From Tubiluchus corallicola (lineage: Eukaryota; Animalia; Priapulida), in contig JAQGDQ010000262.1 in assembly GCA_030141605.1 (NCBI GenBank), positions 62,001-126,000 on the forward strand: a DNA stretch of 64,000 nucleotides, given 5' to 3'. The translations under genes were made by a program, and so were the position numbers. Of this stretch, positions 49,602 through 62,318 are shown in pieces (the first letter of the stretch is position 1; every line of letters starts with the position of its first letter). The notes beneath the pieces were generated by a model. It was given only the letters and a program-made list of their open reading frames with translations, was not told the origin of the DNA and did no database searches.

Positions 49602-49639
<38 letters not shown>

Positions 49640-50439
49640 ACATAACGTATATTACGTTTGGCAAACATACACATTATTTCTAATATCTATTTTATGTATC
49701 ATCATCAGAAGTCTATTGTAAAACTATTATTATATTAATTCAAATAAATTGAAATTGAAATAAACAAATTTTAAATACGACTAATTAACGCAGCTCAACA
49801 TTCATATAAATCAGTGCCATTATTATCATTATGAGATATAAAAATCTCAGCTTAATAATAGGAAGAATCTCTTAACTTCTGATCTCTCCGATTAGAAGAG
49901 TGTGTGATAATAATTTGATTGTAATAGAACTTTTAAACATTATGCGTTGTTTTGTTTGACATTATTATAATGATTTCATTATTTGTCAACTGAATCGAAC
50001 AGACTCTTATGAAACGGTTTGACTTTCACGAAAGTTTTGCTCTTACAGCTGTTCAACGTTCATAATGTTCATGTAGGTTTTTAACAATTATAAGTTAATT
50101 AATTTACAGAAAGCAGTCAGAGGGTTCTCTTGACTTTTCAGAATAGAATCTGTATTATAAAACGGGGAGATGGGTGTCATCTTTTTCTTTCAGAGACTAA
50201 GAAATGGCTTCATATATATATATATATAATAATAATAATCTTTACCATTAAAATACGTTGATAGTCACTGATAAAAACTTTACAGAGATGATCAATCAGT
50301 GTTAGTTAATAAAAACTTACACTGCTAAAGGCAAATGCGTCAGTGCAATCTAAACTACTGTGCAGTAATGGAAAGTAACGACGAATAAAATCAAACGTAT
50401 TTACAACTTTGCACAAAAAAATAAAAAACTATGATTTAA

Positions 50440-50870
50440 TTAATATGTCCGTGGATATATGAATTCCGAATTAGTGTGTGTGTTGTCGTACTGGTGTGAT
50501 GGTATTTCATATCTGGTTAATATTAGTGATTTTAATTTTGTTTTAAATGCTGATAGGGACTTGATTTGTTTAACCTGTAATGGTAGAAAATTCCAAAGTA
50601 CAATTGCTTGCTTGATTACAGAGTTCGTTCCATAGTGGGTACTTGTCCTAATTTGTTTTAGATTGCTTGTTCTGGAACTAACGAGAGGATTTGGAAAAAA
50701 GCTAAATCTGTTATTCTGGAATGGTTTGCTGATGTTGTTAATGTGTTTAGTACAATATTTTAGTACAATAAATTTCTGCAAAAGGATATTCAGCAATTTT
50801 GGCATATTTTTACTAGAGTTGTGTGCTCAAGTAAATTTTTTACATAAACTATTTATAAGAAGTGAACAGG
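50440..50870 (-). mobile_element. CR1/L2-type LINE 3' fragment
   Basis: THYGTNSVIKQAIVLWNFLPLQVKQIKSLSAFKTKLK. Confidence 0.75.
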
Positions 50871-50915
50871 TCTAATGTTGTCATCATTACCGTAGTTTAT
50901 CCCTGTAATTTTCAG

Positions 50916-51026
50916 TTGGATAAGGAACAAACACCTCTGCGCACCTGTATTCTTTCTGCTCAAGAACTACGTTCCATCCTTCAGTGGCAGCCTAATGAAA
51001 GCAGCGAGTTGGAAATACTGCTTCAG
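50916..51026 (+). CDS. VIRMA: VIRMA exon w25
   Basis: TTTCAG|TTG ... CAG|GTATGG; RTCILSAQELRSILQW. Confidence 0.9.
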
Positions 51027-51122
51027 GTATGGAGATTTTACTGTTTTACTTGTAGTCTGATTCAGCAGTAAACTTGGGCTTGGTGGACATATTGAAAATT
51101 ATGGCACGTAGAATCTTAATTA

Positions 51123-51630
51123 CCGTATTTATTCGAGTATAACATGCAAAATTTTATAGCTAAAAAAGAACTCAAAGTTTGGGTGCGCGTTATAAACGAG
51201 GGCTGGGGTGACACGCTTAGATGTATCGATATATTATTTGTGCAATGACTCATTAGTCGAAGATATCGCTGACCACAATCACAAGACATTGAATGCAGCC
51301 ACATCTCTCGACCCTCAAAACACCTATGCGGAACACTCACTGCAGAGGCGAGGTGTAGCAAAGGAAATAATCAATAATATCTGCGTCATCAGCAGCCTTT
51401 GTCAGAGGGTGCAACATCTAGACGGTGCCTGGCCCACGGAAATCGAGCAGCTAGCCGAGAATTCACTGTACCAGAGACGAATGTTAGAGACTGGAGTTGT
51501 TCAACAACGCACGTGTTCAGCAACGTTTGTCACTTACAATGCTTGGTCTGAGCCGAGAAAAAGTGAAACAAAATTTATACGGATTTTTACTCAAAAATTA
51601 GGGGTACGCGTTATAGACAAATAAATACGG
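51123..51630. mobile_element. pogo/mariner-type MITE
   Basis: TA|CCGTATTTATT ... AATAAATACGG|TA; subterminal CGCGTTATA motifs. Confidence 0.85.
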
Positions 51631-51771
51631 TAATTGTGTATCTATTCTTTATGTATAAAAGTGCCGAGTCAGTAAATTATGATGGCTGGCCTAGTTGACG
51701 GTCATTTCATACCTTTTCTGCACATTAATTACTTTCTTCAAATACTATTATTGTTTTGTTAGATGTTAAAA

Positions 51772-52379
51772 TTATTTGTCTACTTGCAAACCAAAATTGT
51801 CCATAAGTCCGCATAGTTAAAACTACGTTATGATGCTTCAAAGTAAAATGCACCAAAAATTTGGTTAAATGTCAATTTCTTATTTTTTATGAAAACAAGT
51901 GATAAATATGTTGGATTTTTATATTCTAGCATCAAATTATCAGGAAAACGTCCAAAAAATACTAAAAATCTAATTTTATAACTCCTTACCCACTTTTCTG
52001 TCTAAAAACTAGTACTGAAATTGTAAAAAAAACGTGGATTTTCTAACTCCGATTGTAGCTCCTGGTAGCAGCCATTTTGCTTCGTTTTTTTTTCTGTTGA
52101 CAAAATCTTCGTCAGGAAGAGCCATCTACTGGATTTAAACGTAATAGCAACCGCAGTTTCGTACGGTTGCTAAGTGTTTTGTAGAAACGTGACAAAAAAC
52201 AATGGCTGACTCTAACAACATTTTTCTCATGATTATGTTTTTCAATGGGCACCTCATCTTTATACGTGGATTATTTGGTATCAAAATGATCCTCATGAAA
52301 TGGAGATTCTGGATGTGTGAATAAGTGGAAAAGCTTAATTGCCAACTTATGGACGATTTTGCTATGCAAGCTCACATTT
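51772..52379 (-). mobile_element. MITE family C
   Basis: Homologous to 34375-35036. Confidence 0.8.
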
Positions 52380-52887
52380 AGCTATCAATTCAGATAAAAA
52401 CTACGTATCTTATTTTTTATCTTATCTCATCCCATCCCAACTCATCTTGTTTGTCCTCATCCTCACTTTCATTTCTCTTCATCTCATTTCTCCTCGCCAC
52501 ATCTCATCTAATTTTATCTCTCGTCATCTCTCATCTTTTCTCGTTTCCTCTCACTCCATCTCACCTCACCTCATCTCATCTCCCATCCCATCTGATTTCA
52601 TCTCATCTCGTCTTGCTAATTAGTAACTGCTTGCTCACCTTTTTTGTAGCATGTAGTCTCAGAATAATCTCGCTTATCCCCTTTGTAAAAAGTTTACAAA
52701 TGCTGCGTATCGATGTTATTACATTCATTATTGTTAATAACCAAAAATGTCCAAAAGCTATGAGTGGGATCGCCCATTGGTTACAATGGCTTGCTTTTTG
52801 TCCTGGAAATTATGAATAAGGCTGTGCAGCGAGGTGATACAGACTAATACGTACTCGAGTTGTTGAATAACTTGCATTGATTTAAGG

Positions 52888-53308
52888 CAGGGGTGTGCAA
52901 ATTATCTCACTAGCCGGGCCACATTAAACATTCCCGCAATTCCTGCGGGTCACATGCAGTTTGGTCAAGGAGCCAAGTACAGTAGGACCTAATAACGATT
53001 TTTTTGCATCCGATTTGCGCACATCATTACTACTACACTCAAGAAACTGTTTCAGAAGTTATTAAAATTTGTATTAAAAATCATATATTTCCTCATGTCC
53101 GACTGTGACATTAAGTGATAACGGTCTTGTAAGGGTTAATGCCATCCGATCTAGAGGAAAAAACTACCCGCACTATCTTTGAGATATTGGCGCAGACTTC
53201 AGCTGGATCTCGTGGGCCGCACTTTCATTACATTGACAAACCTCTTCGCGGGCCGGGCCGCACAAGATCTCTCGGCAGGCTGCAGGCTCCACAGTTTGCA
53301 CACCCCTG
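52888..53308 (+). mobile_element. hAT MITE family A, more diverged, internally deleted
   Basis: Perfect TSD ATTTAAGG. Confidence 0.9.
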
Positions 53309-53419
53309 ATTTAAGGAGAATCAGTTACGCGTAATATTACATGGTGTGGAAAATGTTAGTCCTGTTTCAAATATTGCTGCTTTTTACAAAAGTTGCTAAT
53401 AGCCTTGCTTGTTCTTTAG

Positions 53420-53516
53420 GGATACTCCCGGGAAGAAGAAACCCTGAAAAGCCTCCTGGATAGCGTGAAGCTCCTGAGACGGCATCTTAATGATGACGAA
53501 AGTAAACCTGAAATGG
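53420..53516 (+). CDS. VIRMA: VIRMA exon w26
   Basis: CTTTAG|GGA ... G|GTAATT; EEETLKSLLDSVKLL. Confidence 0.9.
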
Positions 53517-53564
53517 GTAATTATGTTTATAATTATGATCATGTTAATTAAGATTTACTGGCAG

Positions 53565-53690
53565 CTGACTTGAGTACAAAAATTTTGAATTGTTCAAATA
53601 CAAAACTGGATGCACAGACATCATCGACAACAAATTGCATTTACCTAGCAACAGTAATAACAGAGTATTTTAGTCAGTTATAAATTACCA
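53565..53690 (+). repeat. unclassified interspersed repeat, also at about 48395-48520
   Basis: Shared ACTTGAGTA...CATCrTCGACAACAAATTrCATTTACCTAGCAACAGTAAT. Confidence 0.65.
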
Positions 53691-53771
53691 TAATTGATAT
53701 GCTTATAAACAAGTGCCCAAGTATGATTAGTTAACGCAATCCAACCGTCACGTGAATCAGTGTCATTATTA

Positions 53772-53805
<34 letters not shown>

Positions 53806-54330
53806 CATCGTCGTCGTCGTCGTCGTCGTCATCATCATCATCATCATCGTCATCATCATCATCATCATCACCATCATCATCATTATTAAGAAGAGGTCTC
53901 ACCTTAATAATTTCAAGGGCTTCTTGACTTCTGTTTTCTCCAGTTCGAACAATGACTGATAGTGACTGATTATCTTTTTGTTTCTTTTTCTGTTATCATT
54001 GTTATGTTGTGCGTTTCCGTTTACGAAAATGATGCTTTAATTTGTGACCACTAATTTACATTAAAATTACTTGCATATGATTATAATACAGGTAAGGATG
54101 AACGCAAGTCGGCTACTATCGATTTCCACAAGCAGTAACAATTCATGAAAAAGTTATCAAATAAAAAAACATGCTAAATATTAAATTGATTTTTTTTTGT
54201 TTTTTATATATAAGACTTAGAAAAATGTGTCAGTAATTATGCCGTTTAAAGAATAGAATAAATGGAATTTTGTATTTTTGTTTTTTAAATTGAATTGAAA
54301 AGAAGAATTTGAAGGATACGTTCTTTTCAG

Positions 54331-54488
54331 AATTTAGTGAACCTTGTCTAGCGCCGCCGGAAAGCTTGAGTGTCCAGTTTTCGCAGCGACCGGTTTTCGT
54401 CGTGGAGGAAGTAGACAGTGAACGATTTACCTCAAACTTCTGGCTTGTCTGTCCTCCAGCTGATGATTCGGACGATGAACTGGACATG
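54331..54488 (+). CDS. VIRMA: VIRMA exon w27
   Basis: TTTCAG|AA ... ATG|GTAAGC; EPCLAPPESLSVQFSQRPVF...FWL. Confidence 0.93.
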
Positions 54489-54618
54489 GTAAGCGCAAAC
54501 TTTACACTGAGATGATATGTATTTGATGTTAATCTATTAAAATATGTTAAACTTATTTTTTTCATAACGATATTTGTAAACCAAATTGCTGATTGCTTTT
54601 GCGTTTGAAGTGGAAGTT

Positions 54619-55237
54619 TCTGCTGATTAAAGTAACTCAGTGTAATCCACTTATAGCGAGTCTGCTGGTTAAAGTAACTCAGTGTAATCCACTTATAGCG
54701 AGTCTGCTGGTTAAAGTAACTCAGTAATCCACTTATAGCGAGTCTGCTGGTTAGTAACTCAGTGTAATCCACTTATAGCGAGTCTGCTGGTTAAAGTAAC
54801 TCAGTGTAATTCACTTATAGCGAGTCTGCTGGTTAAAGTAACTCAGTGTAATCCACTTATAGCGAGTCTGCTGGTTAAAGTAACTCAGTGTAATTCACTT
54901 ATAGCGAGTCTGCTGGTTAAAGTAACTCAGTGTAATCCACTTATAGCGAGTCTGCTGGTTAAAGTAACTCAGTGTAATCCACTTATAGCGAGTTTGCTGA
55001 TTAAAGTAACTCAGTGTAATCCACTTATAGCGAGTCTGCTGGTTAAAGTAACTCAGTGTAATGCACTTATAGCGAGTCTGCTGATTAAAGTAACTCAGTG
55101 TAATCCACTTATAGTGAGTCTGCTGGTTAAAGTAACTCAGTGTAATCCACTTATAGCGAGTCTGCTGGTTAAAGTAACCCAGTGTAATCCACTTATAGCG
55201 AGTCTGCTGGTTAAAGTAACTCAGTGTATAGCGAGTC
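54619..55237. repeat. 42-bp minisatellite, about 15 copies
   Basis: Unit TCTGCTGGTTAAAGTAACTCAGTGTAATCCACTTATAGCGAG. Confidence 0.95.
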
Positions 55238-55496
55238 TTGCTGTAACAAGCCTCTGGTTATTACGAATGAATTAAATTCCCGCCAAATCTTAGGATTGAA
55301 TAAACTGTTTGGCTTTGCAAAATAAATTATTGTGTAACTTTCCTGAGCTTGAATAAATACATTGACTTTATATTAAATATAATAGCAAGTGCATCAGCAG
55401 CTACTCTAGCCAGACTGTAGACTTAATAATTAGGTGATGTTGACCTACGCTTTCTATTTAAATAAAGATCAGCCTTTTTTCACTACGTCCAGGATC

Positions 55497-55746
55497 TTTA
55501 AATGATAATAAATAAGTTGGTTTTTAAATGATAATAAATAAGCTGGTTTTTAAATGATAATAAATAAGCTGGTTTTTAAATGATAATAAATAAGCTGGTT
55601 TTTAAATGATAATAAATAAGCTGGTTTTTAAATGATAATAAATAAGCTGGTTTTTAAATGATAATAAATAAGCTGGTTTTTAAATGATAATAAATAAGCT
55701 GGTTTTTAAATGATAATAAATAAGCTGGTTTTTCAATGATAATAAT
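55497..55746. repeat. 26-bp minisatellite, about 9-10 copies
   Basis: Unit TTTTTAAATGATAATAAATAAGCTGG. Confidence 0.95.
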
Positions 55747-56748
55747 TAACAACCACACAAAGCACTCAGTTGTCAGCTGACATCATCACGAATGAATTAC
55801 AGCCAGTGACAGCTCATTTATGGGTACTGTGGAACTGCAGCACCCCGTATTTTCATTCGATATTATCGGTAATGTTCAACATAAAAAGTCTTTTTAGTTT
55901 TTTTTATATTTGTACGTAACCAGAGCACGTGATGGTAGTACTGTTTGCTTCACAGCCCAGCACAGTGTGCTCCAGCAGTGCGGTATTTGACTCACATGTC
56001 TGAGCCCAGGTAGAAAAAGTACTGTCGCTCACACAGTTTATTGTCAGTTGTCATGTGCTTACCACGAATGGAGTAAACTTGAACTGCAACAACTTAAGCT
56101 ATTAGTAAACAAAAAATATTTTTTTGTTTAAGATTTTATCAAGTTTATGTTTGAACTTTCGTATGTTTGTTTTTTTAAATTACAATTACAAATTACGACA
56201 TTAAAATTGCATATGTTTGTTTCGTTTTTACACAGTATAAAAACAATGGCTAAAAATTTTCTGAAGCAGCACCCTCAGTGATTTTTGCTATGGGCTGCCC
56301 CTGATCACAGCAGTGATTTTAGAAAAGCAAAACAGGATTTTATACTTGACCTTTTATAGCATCAATAATTCTGACTTAATCCTAGAAATAAGAGAGTTTA
56401 AACATTATAAACTTACTGTTTTGTGATAAAATAGTTGCTTAATAGTGACACTTATTAAGGAACTTGTGCCAGTCTCAGGAGAAAGTGGTCTGTATGTCAT
56501 GTTTTACATTATACGCTTCAAATCTATTTCGTACATGTATACAATCGACTTCGGTTATAGCCTTCTGACTTTTCCCCGAAACTCGTTACAACCGGATCAT
56601 CCTGTAAGCGATGATATCCTTGCCAGGCGTCATTATTTTGTTATAGAGTTTCTTTGGTTGGAACCCCCGAATTTCTTTAGAAATTGAATAATGGTAACTT
56701 GAGAATTTTGCCGTTACTTTTTCATAATCTCTATTATTTTGCTGTCAG

Positions 56749-56861
56749 ACTCCAGAAGACTTGGTCAACCTTGCAACTAAGCTGTGCCCTGGTTTTACGT
56801 TTGACGAATTCCTGAAAACTAAGCCAACCACGGCAGCCGAAAAAGAACCGACCAAAAAGAG
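56749..56861 (+). CDS. VIRMA: VIRMA exon w28
   Basis: TGTCAG|ACT ... AG|GTACGT; DLVNLATKLCPGF. Confidence 0.88.
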
Positions 56862-57219
56862 GTACGTGTTTTGTTTTGTTTGCTCAACTTTTTTCAGCTT
56901 GACATTTTTACCCGTGCTTGCCATCCGCTTACTAATCAGGTCCAGCATTGTTTATCTTCATTCAATAAGCAGCTTCTACTCCTGGTTTCTTAAGAGATTT
57001 TTTGTGTGAATCCAAAAACAAAATACATAACTGTGACAAGTTTGCATAAATTTAGCATTATAATATCGAGACAAACTCATAGAAAGTGATTTCGAAATTT
57101 TTTCTCTGCTTTGCTTATTATTTTTAGTCAAAACTGCAAAAATAAAAATTACCAGTATCATTGTAGTGAGGTAAAATTTTTAATAGAAAGTTTTCTTTAT
57201 TCGTTTTTACTTTTTCCAG

Positions 57220-57272
57220 CGAGAAACTTGAACAAACGACGCAGGAAAAATCAAACCAGCCAAGAAGTTATG
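57220..57272 (+). CDS. VIRMA: VIRMA exon w29 (53 nt)
   Basis: TTCCAG|C ... G|GTAAGT; supplies the phase 2 to phase 1 change needed between w28 and w30. Confidence 0.85.
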
Positions 57273-57313
57273 GTAAGTTTGTGACATTCGAGAAATATTG
57301 GTTTTGCCTAAAT

Positions 57314-57797
57314 CAGGGGTGTGCAAATTATCTGACCAGCCGGGCCACATTAAACTTTCCCGCAATTCCTGCGGACCACAGGCAGTTTGATCAAGGAGCC
57401 AAGTACAGAAAGGCCTAATAACGATTTTTTTGCATCCGACCTGCGTACATCATTACTACTATACTCAATAAACTATTTTAGAAGTTATTAAAATTTATAT
57501 TACAAACCATATATTTCTACTTTCAGGACAGATAGTGGTAATTTCATTACAATGCATATTAGTAATGTGTATCACACACTCTGTGTAGTACAGTGATATT
57601 AAGCTAAATCGTCTTGTAAGGGTTAATGGCATCCGATCTAGTAGAAAAAACTACCCGCACTATCTTTGGGATCGTGGCACGGACTTCAGCTGGATACACT
57701 CAATTAATCGCCCGGGCCGCAGTTTCATTAGGTTGACAAATCTCTTCGCGGGCCACACAAGTTCTCTCGGGGGGGGGGGGCAATTTGCACACCTGTG
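57314..57797 (+). mobile_element. hAT MITE family A
   Basis: TSD GCCTAAAT/ACCTAAAT; right TIR degenerate. Confidence 0.88.
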
Positions 57798-59142
57798 ACC
57801 TAAATAGCGTAATTTTCATCATTGCAAGGCTTCTAGTGTAGATTTGATGTTTTATACCTTGATACAGGCTTCCTATCCTCTTACAGTGCTGTCAATGTTG
57901 TGAAAGTGGGATTGATTGATTTCTTGACCTGTTTAAATTGTCTGTTTGTCAACTGTTAAAGTTTCATAATACTGTGCTATCTCTCTTATAACTGTGTAAG
58001 GTATTTTCATTTTAGTTTATCGGTTATTTTCCGTGCACTAACAAAAGGCTTCAACTAATTTAGACATTGATAACAAATATATCATTCCTTAATTACTAAT
58101 GCAATTTCTAATATAAATTTATAATACTTAATTTATGAAACATGCCTTGCAACAAGCTGCTAATAGGTCGTTTGATTACTTAAACAAATATTAATGTCGT
58201 ACAAATAGGGATGGCTGCTAGGCGTCTTTTGCCGTCCTATTTCCATTGTGATAATTAAATACATTTACTTGTCTCAGTTATATTATGAATATGAAAATAA
58301 ATGCACGTTTTGAATTGAATTGAATTGTGACCTCATGGTCTTTCGCCACCCCGTCTCAATGTAGTGTTTATTGTCTTAAAGAAACATTGTATATTATTGT
58401 ATGTGTAACTTTTAATGAGACAAATAAAATCTAATCTAATCTTACAGTGTAATAATAACTTTTTTCTTAAAGCACAAGAAAACACTCTTCATAAGTAAAA
58501 CTTAGAATTCGTCTTGAAATTTTATATCACGTGCTGTCTATTGCTAAGAAGGCTTGCATTAGCCGTAAGGCTGTGTAAAAGTTGTAAATTTAAACTCCCG
58601 CGACGACCGTTACGCGCAGCCATTTTAATAGTAGGTCGCTTGAAACAAGTTCAGGTAACTGTGCGTAAAGTGTGAAAGATTAAAATCAGAACATTCTTAG
58701 CGCACTCTTCGCTAACTAAGCAAATTTGTATATTTGCTTATTGCATATTGTATATTGATATTGTATTTGTATTTACACTTCCAAGTAAATTTATTATTAT
58801 TACTAAGCAAAAGTTTGAATTATTCTATATTGTCAGTAAGATGAATAATGTGTTTTCTGGTAATCAGTAGTGCACACTGGGATGGCAAAGCAGTGCTGTT
58901 TGACCAGGTGGTGCAAATATTTTAAATTGTTAGGAATTTGCTTTTCTAGTTACATAAGCCTTTCAAACAGGTAAGTGTAAAACTGAGCAATTTAATGTTG
59001 TAAGGAAAGTTTTTTTGGGACATACTTTAATAGTCACTTCTCTTCCCCTTTGACTTAGCATCAATTCCATCTTAATTATTTGCTTGAATTTACTTCATAG
59101 TACAAATAAAAATCTTCAGCTGAGGAATAACTTCTCTTGCAG

Positions 59143-59330
59143 GCCAGCCTGGAGGTGCCCGTCCTGCTGCCAGCACACAGCCAAGAGGGAGAAGACAGCG
59201 CACAGGTGATCACTTTCGACAACGGCCACCTAACACGAGCCGACCGCCCTCTATGCACGTAGACGACTTCGTAGCAATAGAGAAAGTGCATACAGCCGGT
59301 AGCACGAAACAATATGGAACAATGAAAATG
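59143..59330 (+). CDS. VIRMA: VIRMA exon w30
   Basis: TTGCAG|GC ... ATG|GTATAT; GDHFRQRPPNTSRPPSMHVDDFVAIE, the hallmark virilizer C-terminal motif. Confidence 0.95.
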
Positions 59331-59354
59331 GTATATTTGAATGAATTGTAGATG

Positions 59355-59497
59355 TCTGTGTGTGCGCATGTGTGTATGTGTGAGTGTGTGTGTCTGTGTG
59401 TGTGTGTGTGCGTGTGAGTGTGTGTGTGTGCGCGTGTGTGGTGTGTGTGCGCATGTCTGTGTGTGCGTGTGTGTGGTGTGTGCGTGCGTGCGTGTGC
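59355..59497. repeat. (TG)n microsatellite
   Basis: Directly visible, about 25 nt after the w30 donor. Confidence 0.95.
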
Positions 59498-59779
59498 TGA
59501 TAAGCGCAATTAAGAGCTTCGTGTATGCAGGTTAATTGATTAAGTAGAAAATTGGCTACCTTACTGTTGGCCGATGTTATTATTATTATGAGTTTATTTC
59601 GCATAAAAATATACAGCTTACAAAAACACAGGGTGTAAGTAAAACAGGTAATGGAATGTTAGTCAAATAACATATCTATAGAAATTCAGCTTTGTAATAT
59701 CCACTCTGGACAGAAGAAAATCCTATTAATTACTCTAAATTTAAATTTATATTGTATTTTTATTGTACTTTTTTACATT

Positions 59780-60660
59780 TTGCATAGTGCTGCCACCTTC
59801 AGGCATTTTTGTTAAAATTGTTAAATCTTTCTCTTTACTGTTTAAATTTTCATTGGCTACTACAGTCTTTATGAATGCATAATCTCTAAACCTGTTTTCA
59901 CACCTAAATAATTTCACCTGTAGTTTTGGTCACTTGGTTTCCTGCTTTTCAACATGACGTCTTCACTGATTATGTAGACACTTCAGAATAAAATCTTAAA
60001 ACCCCGACATCCTGGCGACCAAAGGCGGTCATACGTACGTTATCGATCCGACCATCTCGGCAGCAGGAAACATCTACTCGCTTAGGGCCAGGTGCAGGGA
60101 CGAGGCCCTGAAGTACGAATCGATCCTCGATGCCGTCAAACAGCGGTGCGGCTCTGCCACTGCCTCGTCGCACGGCATCTGTGTGGGCTTTCGTGGGGAA
60201 TGGGCAGGAGGAGAGAACGACGTTCTCCTGAAGACACTCGGTCTTCTGAACGTCAGAGCCAAACTAGCCCGCAACTGGCGATTAGAGGCTCATGTATGGT
60301 GTTTAGAAAGTTCCTGGGAAGGCAAAGGAGGGCGACCTAGGTCATCTCCTGCTCAGGATGTTACCACTCGAGTTCTGACATCCAAACGTGTGAAAGGTTT
60401 ATACCTAGGGGAAATCCGACTACTCTATGAGTAGCCGGTGGATACCGTACCTTTACGGTATCGAAAACGCGAGTTTTGTTGGGTCTGGAGAAATCCAGTT
60501 CCCACGGAATTGATGGATGCCGTATCTTTACGGAATCATTTGGAATTTGGCAAGCTTGACTCGAGTCAAAAGGCAACACACAGGTGAACAGATCCGACGC
60601 CTGTGAAATCTGACAAAATAAAATAAAATAAATTTCAAGTTTTTTGGTTTCTTCAAACCA
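59780..60660 (-). mobile_element. family F copy interrupted by the RLE retrotransposon
   Basis: Two halves match the reverse complement of 19042-19302. Confidence 0.8.
60003..60628 (+). mobile_element. 5'-truncated non-LTR retrotransposon with restriction-like endonuclease (R2/NeSL/R4-type)
   Basis: PDILATKGGHTYVIDPTI...RDEALKY...VGFRGEW...LLKTLG, then after a frameshift LAIRGSCMVFRKF*; GC-rich 3' UTR; (AAAAT)n tail. Confidence 0.85.
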
Positions 60661-61550
60661 CAAATTTCAATGTGCTTGTAATTGTATTACAATTGAGATT
60701 TGTTTTTTTAGAAATTCAGGCATATGATAATTTAGGACTCAAATTAAACAGATTTCGAGTCAAACAGACCAAACAAGTCATTACAAAAGTAAAATTTCTC
60801 AAGCTTATGAACGATAAAAATCTTTTTTGTTTTGTTTGGTTTGCATAATGATTCCATTCGTTCAGTACCTTACCATGGGGGAGTTTTGCTTTCACAAACC
60901 AGTAAACTTGGTCAGCTTTGGGGTTAAGCTGTATGCCGGTTTTACATTTGATTAGTTGCTAAAAAAAATTGGGGTTGAAAAAATTAATTTGCTTGTCATG
61001 TACATAATATATACTAAATCCGATGGTGCATAAATCAGGCATTTCTATGTTACTTTTAATAGTGTAAATTATGGGATTCAATTACTATTACTGTTATTAT
61101 CATTTTACTACTAAGTCATAATGGAACCATCTATAATTTCTGAATGAACTTGCAATTCGTATTTACCCAGAAGCATCAGTACTGTGCAATCGTATCTTGC
61201 ATAACATGGTGACATCTGTTGACAAGAAAGTGAAAACTGGTTCTCTTTTATATTAAGCTTAATAACGTAAATTTCTTGCCAGCAAAGTCGATTTTTTCCC
61301 TAGATAAACCTTTTGAAATTTGTGAGTTTTTTTGTGTATCCCGACATTTGTATAAAATAATCCAAATTAATTTTAGACTTGATATTGCATTGTTGCTTAT
61401 TACTCATGGTTAAAAGTTTGGTTAAATTTTTGTAATGCAAAAGAAACAGCAACATTCTGAGTGCATCGACGATAAACAACAATTTAGTTACATTGCTGCA
61501 AAGATGTAAATATTTTATAGACTCCATTACTGCTAGGTCACTCCTAAGTA

Positions 61551-61852
61551 CAGTCAACCCTCGTTAAACCGGACTAATTGGGGGGGTTCCGGTTTAGCCG
61601 ATATGCCTATATATGGTCTATATTATACAGGAATAATCACCTTCATAAATATACATTGCACTATATACTATACTGTATATTACTTTCAACTAGTTAACCT
61701 GTGAGGATAAAGAAATTATTGTACAGTTCGTAGGCCGTGTTGTGTTTAGCGCTCCGGCTCTGACTGAAATCGGCGAGTTTCCTTTACCACGGATGACGTC
61801 CGTCTTATCCGATATCCGGGCTAGCGGGGTCCGGTTTAACGAGGGTCTACTG
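61551..61852. mobile_element. Tc1/pogo-type MITE
   Basis: TA|CAGTCAACCCTCGTTAAACCGGAC ... GTCCGGTTTAACGAGGGTCTACTG|TA. Confidence 0.88.
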
Positions 61853-61897
61853 TATCTGTAATTGTTTTTTCAAAGTTATTTTTTCATTTTGTTTCAG

Positions 61898-62197
61898 GAT
61901 TCTTCAGCTTTAAGAGGAAGAGGGCGGGTTTCATACATGCACGAGCGTGGCACTCGCTCCAGATTTGTCACGCCCTCGACAAATTACCCGCGTCGTGAAG
62001 GCGGTGCACGAGGCGGACGGGGTGCATCCTCGGGGTCTTGGGGAGGAAAAACTTCCTCACAGCGAAGACGTAACGCGCGAGGTGCAGACAGGCCATTCCG
62101 TGGAGGTAGAGAGAGACGAGGTCGCACTCAGTCACGAGGTCAGGCTCGCGGAGGAGGAAACAGGGAAGGTCGATACGGCAGATCGTTTAAACGATGA
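61898..62197 (+). CDS. VIRMA: VIRMA terminal exon w31, RGG-rich
   Basis: TTTCAG|GAT; Arg/Gly-rich tail ending GRSFKR-TGA. Confidence 0.9.
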   Translation, partial: DSSALRGRGRVSYMHERGTRSRFVTPSTNYPRREGGARGGRGASSGSWGGKTSSQRRRNARGADRPFRGGRERRGRTQSRGQARGGGNREGRYGRSFKR

Positions 62198-62290
62198 TTC
62201 CTTTGTATTCATTGTACATAAACGTGTAAATTAAATTAGATGCATAGAATAGATGCATTAGATAATACTATGTAAATAATTATATTCTTT

Positions 62291-62318
62291 AATAAAGATA
62301 ATACAATTTGACAATAAA
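62291..62318 (+). terminator. candidate VIRMA polyadenylation signals
   Basis: AATAAA at 62291 and 62313, about 100 nt after the stop codon. Confidence 0.55.

Noticed and set aside
51208-51624. 138-aa ORF
   Set aside because: Entirely inside a TA-flanked MITE, GTG start, no recognisable domain.
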